The notes: generated by a model not told the origin, from the sequence alone. Positions 49,635 through 61,257 are shown, numbered from the stretch's first letter. The stretch is DNA of 64,000 bases from Zancudomyces culisetae HAW-14-8 (GCA_052426225.1 JBNJNM010000008.1:1054001-1118000), one strand, 5' to 3'. Numbers and translations: made by a program.

Positions 49635-50835
49635 CTTTGATTTATTTATTTTGGCTTGTATTGGTTTATTAGTCAACCTTATTGGTATTATTGCTTTCTT
49701 TTTGTATTTAGTATGGAATACTATGTGGTTTTATGATTGATATTTTCTTGTCTTTTTTGAGAAAAGTCGTGGACTATTTATACTTTTTTCTTGAGTTCTG
49801 GTTTTCTTTGTACATACTCAAGGCTTGGATTGTATTTTTATAAAAACAGGAACTTATAAAGTTGAAAAAGTGCATTACACATCCGAGTTACTTTTGCCTA
49901 TACTCAAGAATATATGATTGTAAATCATCTAGATACACTTATCATTTTTAGTTATATTCATTAAAGTTGCATTTACAAATCCCATCCTGATGCCCAATAG
50001 CAAAAATGGATCCACTAACTTTTTAATTGATTTTTTTTTAGCTTCTTTATGATTCTGTCACAAGATTTACCACTGCCATTTCTCCTCTCTCTATCTCTTA
50101 TTTTCTAGTTGCGCTGATTCTGCTATTCGCTGCTTTTTAGAAAACATCACCAGCTTTTTGACCAAAACATTTTTTTGGTCATCATAACTTTTATGAAATT
50201 ACAGTTTGCTTTTTTACAAATATATAGCCACATTAAACTCTGGCATTAATATCTCTCACGCTACATATTTCCCCCTGCCCCCTAAAAAAACTCTTTAAAA
50301 TTATAACTTTCCAACATATTTTTACTCAACCTTTTCCATCACTTTCTTCAACAATATCACCAACCCGTTAAGTTTGAGTCAGATGCGTTCAAATTTACAA
50401 TAGAAACTTTCGGATCATATTTGCGTTGAGTATATTGACTATTACAACAACATAGTTATTGTGTCAAAGTGCTTTTGTTGTCTTTTTATTTTTTGTTGAT
50501 AGTTTATTAAGTGGGTATAGTGCAAGTGACAAAATATTCTCCGCTATTTCTGACCCACTATTCTAAAGACTCCAGAATCACTTATACCAACTATTTGGCT
50601 TGATGATATTTCCCAATGGCATCCAATCCTATAAAAACCAGTGTATTTATTTTGAATTACGCAGCAAATGGCCACTTGAATTGATGTTTAAATATTAGAA
50701 AAATAGATCAAAAAACTCTGGAAAATAATAAATAATCAAAAATTTTGTTTTTCTGGACTTGTTAATTTTGCTCAAATTATACTGATACACAAACAAAGAT
50801 ATAAAGGAAGCAAGAATAATACAACTTACGACAGA

Positions 50836-53800
50836 ATGGATATCACATACAACGACATTAGTCTTTTCAACAAACTTCCGGCTAGTATCTTGTCAATAAT
50901 ATTTGTGTTTACCCAGAATACTCAACTATCAACTTTGAACAAAAATATGTACAAAGCCTCTCAAAAAGTAGAAACCGTTAGCGATTACATTGTTCGATAT
51001 GTCTCATCGGATACAGGAGATAGTTCCCAGTGGAACCTGAGAGACATATTTGATAAATACAAAAGAATAAGTATGAACGAAACCATCGGAATGCTGGTAT
51101 TGAGAAAAATCAAGAACCTGGACTACGAAACCGCTCTAGATATGGCATTTGAATACAGGTGGAAGAACATGCTAGATAAATTACTCAAGATGTATGTAGT
51201 GATTGATAGAAATACTTCTACGGTTGTGCGCAAGGGCACTTTATTCATGGACAAAGATGAATACTTAGATATTGATATTGGAAAATTGTTTTCACAGGAT
51301 AACGAATCGCAAATAATGAAAATAGACATTAAAACTTCCAATTCTCTTTATATCCGACCGTTATTCAGGATGAGTAGAGCCTCAACGTATTTGATATGGG
51401 CAATGCATACTATCTCTGGGGGAAGAGATATAGAAATGCTAATAGATATCTGCAACACCAAATTTGAGTTTCCTCCAGAGGTATGTGACTCTGTTGGGAG
51501 AGATATTAGGTGTATTGATGATAGATTTATGATATGTTGTATGTTGGTGACTGCACGTGAAAGCTGTAGATTGAACAGTCTTGAACTTTTAAAAAGGGTT
51601 TTGGGTTTGGAACCAAATATTTATTTTCCTTTTCAGAGACTAGAATCGGTTGTGGACGCCCGTGGTGTACCTATAGACGATGGGTTAAGTGCGTTTGTTT
51701 GGGAATATGAGTATAAAACTAGATCGGATTTGTTGAGCTATACACTCTGTGCATATTTTTCTATTTGCTGGAATAGGAAAAAATTGATAGAATACCTTGA
51801 AGATAACTACTATAGTAGTAAACACATGCAAATATTTTTCGACATATCCGTATTTCATAAAAACGAGAGTTTATTCAAGAAATATTTTTTCAAAGTCGAG
51901 TTAAACGCTGAAAATATAGGAAAAATAACAAATATAGCGTACAGATATGGTAACGTCAATCTCATACAATTTCTTTTAAAAAACAGTAGTAAACTGAAGG
52001 GAGGGTTGGATGAAAATGCTTTGAAAACGGCTATAAAAAAGAAAAATCACGAATTGGTGCAAGAAATTATCAATAAGTATCCAAATACGGTGAGTATTTC
52101 TTGTTTAGAGGAAGCAGTGCATGCTAGAGATATAAGGATTGTAAAATCACTTATCGAAACTGGTGTGGATTTAAAATCATCCTTGTTTAAGGGAATAGAA
52201 ATTGCAAGTGCAAATGGTGACATAAACATCTTGCAGTTTTTATTGAAAAACGGTGTTTCTGTTGATTTGAAAACCCCACAAGTTATTGAAAAGCTGTGCA
52301 GTATCAAGAATTATGAGATAGCAGAACGAATATTAGATTTTTCAGACAAAGATAAGGAAAGGGAAAGGGTTAGATCCAAAACTTCAACAACAGAGATCAT
52401 GGATAGAAATAAGCTGAAATTCAGTAAAACAATTTTGTGTCTGATCGAAGTAAACAAATGTTATAACCAAGATTATGCTCACCGTAATGCTGAATTTGGA
52501 GATGTTTCTAGACGTCTGGATTTATATGAGGATTTAATGGCGATTATCAATCCAAGGAGAAAAAAAATCATTGATGCTTGCGAATTTTATTTGACAAATC
52601 TTACAGATTCTAATGGCATCAATAAAATTGTAAGAGACTCTTATGATAAATTGGTTGAAACCATTGGATATATTATTGAAAATAACCTGGAAAGTACATT
52701 GGAAGACGCTGGATATGATGATGCCCATGAGTTGGAGTGCAGAAACGACTCAGTAGTGTTAAATGATGAACATTACGAGTGTGCGAAATCAGAATTGGTA
52801 AACCGGAATTTTGAGATACTGAAAATAATAATAGAAGATGGAGGGGATATTAATTCGTATGATAGTCTAATTTTAAGAACAGCATACAAAGCAGGTGATA
52901 TTGGCTGGATTGATTACTTTATCGGTAAAGGCGCCAAGTTTAAAGGAAGATCAGATGGGTTTGAAGAAGCGTGTAAATCAGATAAGGTTGAAGTGTTGAA
53001 ACACTGGATCAAGAATGGAGGTGTGGTACCCAAGAATCCAGGGTATCCTTGCATTAAGATGGCGTGTTTACTGGGTAACTTTAACATGGTTAAATTTTTG
53101 GTAGAAAATGGAGTTGATTTAGGTAATCCAGAGCTGAATGGAGTCAGAATTGCATGTAGATTGGGTCTCAAAAAGACGCTTAAATATCTTTTGAATAACA
53201 ATGCTGTGGTAGGAAATATCTGTAGATACCAACTAGAGCGTGCGTGCTTGGTTGATGATATTGAGTTGGTAAAAATGATTTTAGAGCATTACGATAGGTT
53301 GGGAGTATTGGAAAGAAAAGATAAAACAAACACAAAGAATGAAGAAGCACAGGATATTTCTTGTTTTGATAGTGGAAACACTGATCTTTCTGAAGAATAC
53401 AAAATTACCAAAGCCTTACTTGAAAAGGGCAAACCCATCCAAAATAGTGATTTGTTGGACGTGATAAGGCTAGTGGCTATCGCAAATAGCACAGAAAGTT
53501 TGGAACTGTTGTTAGCTTACAAGTTCAATTTCAATGATATTTATAAAATACTGAAGATCTCAGTGCAATTGGGAAACCTTGAGGCGGTGAAGGTGTTTTT
53601 ACGGAATGACTTCAATGTAAATGGCGACACTGTCATTCTAAAGACGGCACTAGTATCAAAAAAAGACAAAATGGCTAGGCTTTTGTTGCAACATGGTGCA
53701 AAGGTTGGAAGAGACATATATTGTTATCAAGAGTATTTGAACTTGGATGACATTGAAACATTTCAGTTAATGCTAACTTGTTGCCCTGAAATTGGTGGTA

Positions 53801-54261
53801 ATTCTTCTTTACTCCAATACGCTATTGAAAAAAATAAGATAGAAGCAGTTAAGCTGCTTTTGAAAGATACGACCACACTTGAAGATAGCGAATATAATTA
53901 CATTCTCTGGGCTTGTGAAATCAACGATCTGGAGATTTTAAAATTGTTATTAGCGAAGGGTGCAAATATAAGAGAAGGGGGCGAAAGTGGAGTGATTGAG
54001 GCTTGTAAAAATAATAACCTGGAAATGCTGAAACTATTGCTTGAAAGAAATCCAAATTTGGTACTGGAAAAGGTTTATGGACTCGAAACAGCAATTGAAC
54101 TCGAAAACATGGAAATGGTTAATTTGTTGATTAAATATGGTGCTGATACAAGTGAGTATATTGAATCTATCATGGAGCTTGCAGATGAACTTGATTGCGA
54201 TGATTTAAGTGAGTCTTGTGAATATAATGCCGGTGGGTTTAAAAAAGTAAAGAGGACATAA
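50836..54261 (+). CDS. Ankyrin-repeat protein with N-terminal F-box-like motif (1141 aa)
   Basis: Colinear full-length paralogue of 43546-46959. N-terminus LFNKLPASILSIIFVFT..LSTLNK. Confidence 0.92.
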   Translation: MDITYNDISLFNKLPASILSIIFVFTQNTQLSTLNKNMYKASQKVETVSDYIVRYVSSDTGDSSQWNLRDIFDKYKRISMNETIGMLVLRKIKNLDYETALDMAFEYRWKNMLDKLLKMYVVIDRNTSTVVRKGTLFMDKDEYLDIDIGKLFSQDNESQIMKIDIKTSNSLYIRPLFRMSRASTYLIWAMHTISGGRDIEMLIDICNTKFEFPPEVCDSVGRDIRCIDDRFMICCMLVTARESCRLNSLELLKRVLGLEPNIYFPFQRLESVVDARGVPIDDGLSAFVWEYEYKTRSDLLSYTLCAYFSICWNRKKLIEYLEDNYYSSKHMQIFFDISVFHKNESLFKKYFFKVELNAENIGKITNIAYRYGNVNLIQFLLKNSSKLKGGLDENALKTAIKKKNHELVQEIINKYPNTVSISCLEEAVHARDIRIVKSLIETGVDLKSSLFKGIEIASANGDINILQFLLKNGVSVDLKTPQVIEKLCSIKNYEIAERILDFSDKDKERERVRSKTSTTEIMDRNKLKFSKTILCLIEVNKCYNQDYAHRNAEFGDVSRRLDLYEDLMAIINPRRKKIIDACEFYLTNLTDSNGINKIVRDSYDKLVETIGYIIENNLESTLEDAGYDDAHELECRNDSVVLNDEHYECAKSELVNRNFEILKIIIEDGGDINSYDSLILRTAYKAGDIGWIDYFIGKGAKFKGRSDGFEEACKSDKVEVLKHWIKNGGVVPKNPGYPCIKMACLLGNFNMVKFLVENGVDLGNPELNGVRIACRLGLKKTLKYLLNNNAVVGNICRYQLERACLVDDIELVKMILEHYDRLGVLERKDKTNTKNEEAQDISCFDSGNTDLSEEYKITKALLEKGKPIQNSDLLDVIRLVAIANSTESLELLLAYKFNFNDIYKILKISVQLGNLEAVKVFLRNDFNVNGDTVILKTALVSKKDKMARLLLQHGAKVGRDIYCYQEYLNLDDIETFQLMLTCCPEIGGNSSLLQYAIEKNKIEAVKLLLKDTTTLEDSEYNYILWACEINDLEILKLLLAKGANIREGGESGVIEACKNNNLEMLKLLLERNPNLVLEKVYGLETAIELENMEMVNLLIKYGADTSEYIESIMELADELDCDDLSESCEYNAGGFKKVKRT

Positions 54262-57139
54262 TCGTCTAAATTCTTCTAATTGAGATATCTATTAGTTTAG
54301 CAGAACTTGTATAGTCTACTGTATTTTATTCTGTAAATAGTTAATATCGAATAATATTTAAGGGATATATTATATTTTTTTGATTCTTTTTATCAAACTC
54401 TTTTACCTTTTCTTTGAGAGAAATATATTGGGTTGTTTTGACATATTTTTGTATATTTTTGATTATATAATATCAGTTTTACAGATATATTTATGAATAG
54501 TATTCCAGGTTACCGCATTGCTACCAAACGATTCCAAATTAGTGAGTGATTAAAAACAGCTAAATATCAAAACCTTAGAGTCGTAAATATTTCTCTATTC
54601 GCTGTTGTGTTTCATGGATTTATGCTTTAAATACCTAATTTTTCTTTTTGAGAATTGTTACACCCAAATAATTGAATCAGTAAAGGATCAAAAATACTGC
54701 TATTATTCTGAAAAGCTGCTAATAGAACTTTGTAAAGTATTTTCAGTGATGATTTGGTTGAATAAGAAAATACAATAATTAACACGCTATCCAGGAACAC
54801 ACTTTAATATACAATCCTGCAACTGTAGAAATATTCACCAGATTCGATACTCCGCTTGGGATTGACATTTATTAGAAACATAAATTAATGAGGAACAACA
54901 AGGCTGTGTAAACTAGCTTTACGAAGTAATAACATTTTAACACAAGAGCCAAACTTTTTTTTGACACTATTATTATTATCTAGTATAATTTCTACACGTA
55001 TAAAAACTAATAACAGTTGCTACTAATTTTTGACTATATGGGCAATTTCAATCAATTGTTATTTAGATTTAAACATATTAGAATACTTATTCAGATAGTA
55101 ATATCAAAAATACAAGGTTGAAAATTGATTGGAAGAATGAGACAAAAGAAACAAGATGAGAAAATAACAGAAATCAAGAGGATAGGAAAATAATGCTATG
55201 GTTTTGATCAAGTCATACAGGATCTTGTGGCGCGGAAAACACATCCTTATGAATATGTCAAAAATATGGGTGGAAGTTTGGTAAGAGAAGACAGCCAGCG
55301 TGTGATTGGAATGCGGGTACCTCCAAATATATTGGAACATCTTAGTAGTACTATAGTAAGTGGGATGAAGATTTTTGGATGATTATAGAGTAACAAGGAT
55401 TAGGTCGAGTTTATTTATTGATCAAACACCCGGTGGGCACGGAGTTACTAGAGAGGTGGTGAGGAGTAGGTTAGATTGGTATACTGTAGGATTATTCTTT
55501 TGTAGTTTTATTAAATATTTATTAAATATAACTAAATAAATTCATCAAAGCAAAAATATATAGACAATTTTATTAAGTAGCCCAGCCTTTTACTGTCTAG
55601 TTTAAACCCAAACCAGTTCGTAAAATGACATAGAGCGATCCGATAAACAGAAAATTTTCAATAAAGCCATATTATCACATGTATTATAATTATTTGCCAG
55701 TATTGACTAAAGAAAAAATAAAATAATATATCATAGATTAGTAACGTAGATTTAGGGGTCAAACAATCAAACACGAGCTAGTATATATCGCCTGTATTGT
55801 GCATTCCAAAATGACTACTCCTCAAGCTCTCCCCTTCTCTAATCCAAGTTATTTCATTTTTCCACATTGCTTTAAGGTGTGACATATATTACTTGTACAA
55901 AGTAGTACTGCGTTGATTCAGTGTTACGAAAAAAAATTGTGCATAGAATCTAGCTCTGAATAACATAACAAACGTTACGGTGTTACATTCCTTTTAATTT
56001 AATTTTTTTTGATAAATAGTATTTATTGTGGCTAAATTGTAATCGTTGAAAATCAGACCCTGAAACAATAAGCTTACATTGCTCTATCTCGCAATATTAG
56101 TAAAGAAATATAAATTAATCAACGTGGATATTATTATAACCGAAAATTTAATTCATTTAAATATGAACACAAATTGGATAAGCCATTGAAATGAAATAGG
56201 CAAGGAAAGAAAACGCCTGGGAATTTAGAAGGAGGATTCTCATTCATTAGACCTAAAGGGTTTAGCAAATAAAATTACAGAGCAAGTCGCACATGACAAT
56301 ATTATTCAAGTTAAAAACATGGAGCAATCGTCAAGGACATTAACGTTATTGCCGTTCCACTCCCAGATGTGATGGTGTCGGGTGAGAATTAATCTGAATC
56401 GGTTTACGTTTTTTCTTTATAAATTGATAATAAAAATTTAGGAAATACAATAATGTCTCAATTGGGCTTTAGCAAATATAACTTGGGTTTGCTATCAATG
56501 ACATCGTATTAAAAGTCAGTGTATTGTGTTACATATTGTTATAAGAAATGGAAATATTAAAAAATGAAAAGTTTAGATGTGAACAAGCATCTTGCAAAAT
56601 ATTAACCAGAAATTATGCGTGTATATCTTATTATCGAATTTTTGTTCTTGGGTTCATTTTTGAACCCATTCAAATCAGTGCAAAAAGTTCTGATGTTTGG
56701 TTATGAAAGATATAACCCATAGTATTTGGCGTAACCACTGACGTTAGATTTGTGCAGATATGTGAAGAAAAGTACATAATTATCAAAAACGACGTTTAAA
56801 AAGCTGAAGCCGTCTATTTCTTTACCAGTAAAATACTAAAAACACCAAAGAGGAGTTCTTGGAGCAAAATGTTTGATGATTTTTGATAAAAAGCAAAAAA
56901 TTATGACAGGTGATGAACATATCGATTTGGGCTACTGTTTGTCCAATACCAAACAATAATAATCGTTCCACGATACTACTTGAAAACTAATGTTATTAGA
57001 TGGCGTATATCTAGGGATATAGAACCTGAATGTTCATATAAAATAGATAAAAATAATTACAACCCTCAAGAAAATATGTCATTATAAAAGCACACACACT
57101 ATTTCATTTTTAGTACATGATAAAAAGAACTAGGTTATA

Positions 57140-59164
57140 ATGAAGTTAAACAAATTTTACGGTGCTTTATACTTAGTACTTTTGCGTGCATCAGTGTTGG
57201 CTAAAGGAACACAAGAAAAAAGAGCAATTCGCAACATTGAAAAACTCCAGAATAAAGATGCAGTCAAACTATTTCTCAGACAGGCTGCTGTGCAAACTAT
57301 AACAATTCCTGGAACCACCGTGGCTGATGTTATAGTGCCTGGAACTACTATTCCTGAAAGTATAATACCTGGAACCACAATTGCTGAGTCTACAATCCCT
57401 GCAACTACAATTGCTGAATCTACAGTCTTTGGAACTATAGTTCCTGATACCACAATTCCTGGGACCACAGTAGATGAAGTTATAGTACCTGAAACAACAG
57501 TTCCTGAAACTGTAATAAGTGAAACTACAATTCCTGGAACCATAATTCCTGAATATACAATCCCTGGAACCACAGTCGATGAAACCATAATATTTGGAAC
57601 TACAATTGCTGATGTCATAATACTGGGAACCACAGTAGATGACACAGTAATACCAGGAACTACAATTGCTGAATCTACAATACCTGGGATTACAAATCCT
57701 GAAATCATTTTGTTTGGAACAACAGTTCCTGAAAGTATAATTCCTGGAACTACAATTCCTGAAAGTATTATACCTGGGACTACTATTCCTGAAAGTATAA
57801 TACCTGGAACCACAATTGCTGAGTCTACAATCTTTGGAACTACAATTGCTGAATCTACAGTCTTTGGAACTATAGTTCCTGATACCACAATTCCTGGGAC
57901 CACAGTAGATGAAGTTATAGTACCTGAAACAACAGTTCCTGAAACTGTAATAAGTGAAACTACAATTTCTGAAACCATAATTCCAGGATATACAATCCCT
58001 GGAACCACAGTCGACGAAACCATAATATTTGGAACTACAATTGCTGATGTCATAATACTGGGAACCACAGTAGATGACACAGTAATACCAGGAACTACAA
58101 TTGCTGGATCTACAATACCTGGGACCACAGTTCCTGAAATTGTTATACCTGAAACTACAATTGCTGAATCTACAATCTTTGGAACTACAATTGCTGAATC
58201 TACAGTCTTTGGAGCTACAATTCCTGATACCACAATTCCTGGGACCACAGTAGATGAAGTTATAGTACCTGAAGCAACAGTTCCTGAAACTGTAATAAGT
58301 GAAACTACAATTCCTGGAACCATAATTCCAGGATATACAATCCCTGGAACTACAGTCGTGGAAACCATAATATTTGGAACTACAATTCCTGATGTCATAA
58401 TACCGGGAACTACAGTAGACGAAACGATAATACCAGGAACCATAATTCCTGAAAGTATTATACCTGGGACTACAGTTCTTGATACCACAATCCCGGGAAC
58501 TACAGTTCCTGAAAGTGTAGTACCTGGAACCACATTGCCTGATATCACAATACCTGGGACCACAGTTCCTGAAATTGTTATACCTGAAACCATAATTGCT
58601 GAATCTACAATATTTGGAACTACAATCCCTGCAACTACATTCTTTGGAGCTACAATTCCTGATACCACAATTCCTGGGACCACAGTAGATGAAGTTATAG
58701 TACCTGAAGCAACAGTTCCTGAAACTGTAATAAGTGAAACTACAATTCCTGGAACCATAATTCCAGGATATACAATCCCTGGAACCACAGTCGACGAAAC
58801 CATAATATTTGGAACTACAATTGCTGATGTCATAATACTGGGAACCACAGTAGATGAGATCATAATACCAGGAACTACAGTTGCTGAATCTACAATACCT
58901 GGGACCACAGTTCATGACTTTACAATCCCGGGGACTACAGTTCCTGAAAGCGTAATTACTGAGACTCTAACTTCCGGACCCACATCTACAGAATCCTCAA
59001 CACCAACCACATCCACACCTATCTTGACTTTGGGTCAATTTTTGGCTGCACTCAACCGTCTCGGAGTATCAGGTGTACCCACTCTGGACGAATTCAGCAC
59101 TTTACTTGGTGTTTCTCTATCAGCTGATATGCCCATTAATGATTTTTTGGCTCTACTTGCTTGA
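57140..59164 (+). CDS. Secreted Thr/Ile/Pro-rich pentapeptide-repeat protein (674 aa)
   Basis: Signal peptide, KR dibasic site, >100 five-residue units (IPGTT / VPETV / IAEST), short helical C-terminal domain. Confidence 0.85.
   Translation: MKLNKFYGALYLVLLRASVLAKGTQEKRAIRNIEKLQNKDAVKLFLRQAAVQTITIPGTTVADVIVPGTTIPESIIPGTTIAESTIPATTIAESTVFGTIVPDTTIPGTTVDEVIVPETTVPETVISETTIPGTIIPEYTIPGTTVDETIIFGTTIADVIILGTTVDDTVIPGTTIAESTIPGITNPEIILFGTTVPESIIPGTTIPESIIPGTTIPESIIPGTTIAESTIFGTTIAESTVFGTIVPDTTIPGTTVDEVIVPETTVPETVISETTISETIIPGYTIPGTTVDETIIFGTTIADVIILGTTVDDTVIPGTTIAGSTIPGTTVPEIVIPETTIAESTIFGTTIAESTVFGATIPDTTIPGTTVDEVIVPEATVPETVISETTIPGTIIPGYTIPGTTVVETIIFGTTIPDVIIPGTTVDETIIPGTIIPESIIPGTTVLDTTIPGTTVPESVVPGTTLPDITIPGTTVPEIVIPETIIAESTIFGTTIPATTFFGATIPDTTIPGTTVDEVIVPEATVPETVISETTIPGTIIPGYTIPGTTVDETIIFGTTIADVIILGTTVDEIIIPGTTVAESTIPGTTVHDFTIPGTTVPESVITETLTSGPTSTESSTPTTSTPILTLGQFLAALNRLGVSGVPTLDEFSTLLGVSLSADMPINDFLALLA
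57295..58955 (+). repeat. Coding minisatellite, 15/30-bp units with higher-order repeats
   Basis: Marker GATGAAGTTATAGTACCTGA at 57473, 57908, 58253 and 58688 (spacing 435/345/435 bp). Confidence 0.92.
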
Positions 59165-59910
59165 TTCAGTTTGGATACAATTTCTTCTGAATTTATCGTA
59201 TGGCTCCAACATCAAACAGCCCGTCTCCGCAAATTTATTTAATTTAGAGTTTACTAACCTGGAAAAATATACAATCATCATAGAACACATCCTTCATACT
59301 CAACCGTTGCACGAACTACTGGATGCCCAATTATACTAAAAACCCCATCACCGCCTATACTCCGTGTGTTCCAACCATTACTCCCCTCCACAGTATACCC
59401 AGTCACAACAACACCGACAACAACACCACAATGATTTTCTTATCAGGCTACCCAAAACTTTTATCTAATACTAAGATATGTGTCGCTGAATCCATAGCAT
59501 CTACAGTTGGTGCCACTGTGGTATATTTATTTGATGTTTCTGTTTCTAGCTATACTATTTTGCCACCATTAACTTGCTCTGTTTGATTTTATTAGCTGTG
59601 TTTGACTGTAACTGAGATGAATAAACTTGTTTTCTTTTTAAATATTAAGTTTAAAAAAATTGCTACCGGAATACATTAAGGTACTGGATCGGTATTATAT
59701 CATTTCCAGGATATACGCATAAAAAAATTAGTATTACGACCACCATCCAGTGGTAAGGTTTACGTGGTATTTATTTAACAAGTCCATCATACACAAACAA
59801 AACAAAAACAAAAAACTTAATACACACAAAGCCAAATCTATTATCCAGTTTCAAAAGCACCAACCTAATGGTTTGGCTCCTAAATAATGTTGCGGGGGAC
59901 CTTTTCTGTT

Positions 59911-61257
59911 CTATACTCGGGATTTCTGTCTTTTAGAATAAAAATATGAAAGTAGCACACATAATGTACTCACTACAAAGCATAAAGTACTGAAAATCAT
60001 TACAGGATGATAATTGGTACGATGGCCTAAAGTGTCAAATATTAATCCGGTGAGCGGATTTCCGATTAGGAGACCAAAACCAAAAAATATAAATGCCAGC
60101 CCATTTGCTTGTCCTACAGTTTCTGGTTTAAAGCGTGTGGCGTTAACGACTGTACTTACACCATAGATTGTGGAAGAGGTTAAGCTGAAAATAACAAAGA
60201 AAATGATGTGAACGACCAAAGATTTGCTAGGGTACCAGAGTGCCATTATACTTGCGATCGCTATGAATTGAGCAACAGCAGTAAAAAAAATAGGGTTTAC
60301 TCGATGTAAGAAAAAAGACATAAATACCCGGAAAATAGCAATACAGCCACAGTAAATCATGACAGTATAGTATCCCAACGAATTCGAGTATCCCAAATCA
60401 ATTACGCTGGCCGGATAATACAGCGTTGTAGCATACTGACCACTATTCATAAACATACAGGCAAACACCAATGAAACAAAGGGGAGATCTTTGAGTAGTT
60501 TAAAGTTTAATATGTTCTTTGAAGGTTTGAATTTCTCTGATCGTAATCGCATAAAAACAGCACCTATGGTTGTGGCTGTAATGTTGATTATTCCTAAAAT
60601 TATGAATGCCCATCTAATACCCAATCCAGAAAGAGTCGCGGAAACTATCGGAACTAAAATGACACCCCTAAGCCCACCAGCTGCCGACATTATACTAAGT
60701 GCAAATGCCCGTTTCTTTACAAACCAACTGGATACAACTGTAAGACTAACGTTTACTACTATACTTGCCCCAATACCCGTCATTAATCCTTGTACTATTA
60801 TAAGTTGCCAAATTTGTGAACAATACCCTGAGATTATTAGCCCACTAGATGTAAGTACTCCGCATGCAAATATAGTATATCTTAACCCAATTTTATCGTA
60901 TATTGGTCCTGAAATTACCCCGAAAATCATATTGGACGATGTTGCCGCCGTACCTATCCAAGATATCTTTTCTGCCTTTTCGTGTAAAAACATTGTTTTT
61001 AAATAGTACGTTTGAAATATACCAAAAGCCAAAAATAACCCAAATCCTATCATAAAGTTTAGGAATCCGGTAACTAACATCACCCAAGCATATCCTTTAT
61101 CGGGTTCGGGTTCGGGTTCGGACTCTGGTTCGGACTCTGGTTTCAGTTCAGAGTTTGACGTCTCCTTGACAAATTTCGTAGAAACTTGATCATCGGCTAA
61201 ATCTTGTAGTGATTGAAGTTTATTTGTATCTTTTATTATAACGTTTTCCTTGTCCAT
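59911..61257 (-). CDS. MFS transporter, monocarboxylate porter family (Mch4/Mch5-like)
   Basis: PDKGYAW, FGIFQTYY, ISWIGT, GPIYDKIG, SWFVKKRAFALSI; ~12 TM helices. First ATG at 61257. Confidence 0.9.
   Translation of the reverse strand: MDKENVIIKDTNKLQSLQDLADDQVSTKFVKETSNSELKPESEPESEPEPEPDKGYAWVMLVTGFLNFMIGFGLFLAFGIFQTYYLKTMFLHEKAEKISWIGTAATSSNMIFGVISGPIYDKIGLRYTIFACGVLTSSGLIISGYCSQIWQLIIVQGLMTGIGASIVVNVSLTVVSSWFVKKRAFALSIMSAAGGLRGVILVPIVSATLSGLGIRWAFIILGIINITATTIGAVFMRLRSEKFKPSKNILNFKLLKDLPFVSLVFACMFMNSGQYATTLYYPASVIDLGYSNSLGYYTVMIYCGCIAIFRVFMSFFLHRVNPIFFTAVAQFIAIASIMALWYPSKSLVVHIIFFVIFSLTSSTIYGVSTVVNATRFKPETVGQANGLAFIFFGFGLLIGNPLTGLIFDTLGHRTNYHPVMIFSTLCFVVSTLCVLLSYFYSKRQKSRV

Noticed and set aside
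57157-58915. Two long antisense ORFs (583 aa, and a 548-aa Cys/Tyr-rich one)
   Set aside because: By-products of the stop-free 15-bp repeat. Only the + frame has a signal peptide and sensible termini.
57295-58955. CRISPR-like periodicity
   Set aside because: Coding tandem repeat with no unique spacers; eukaryotic context; no cas genes.
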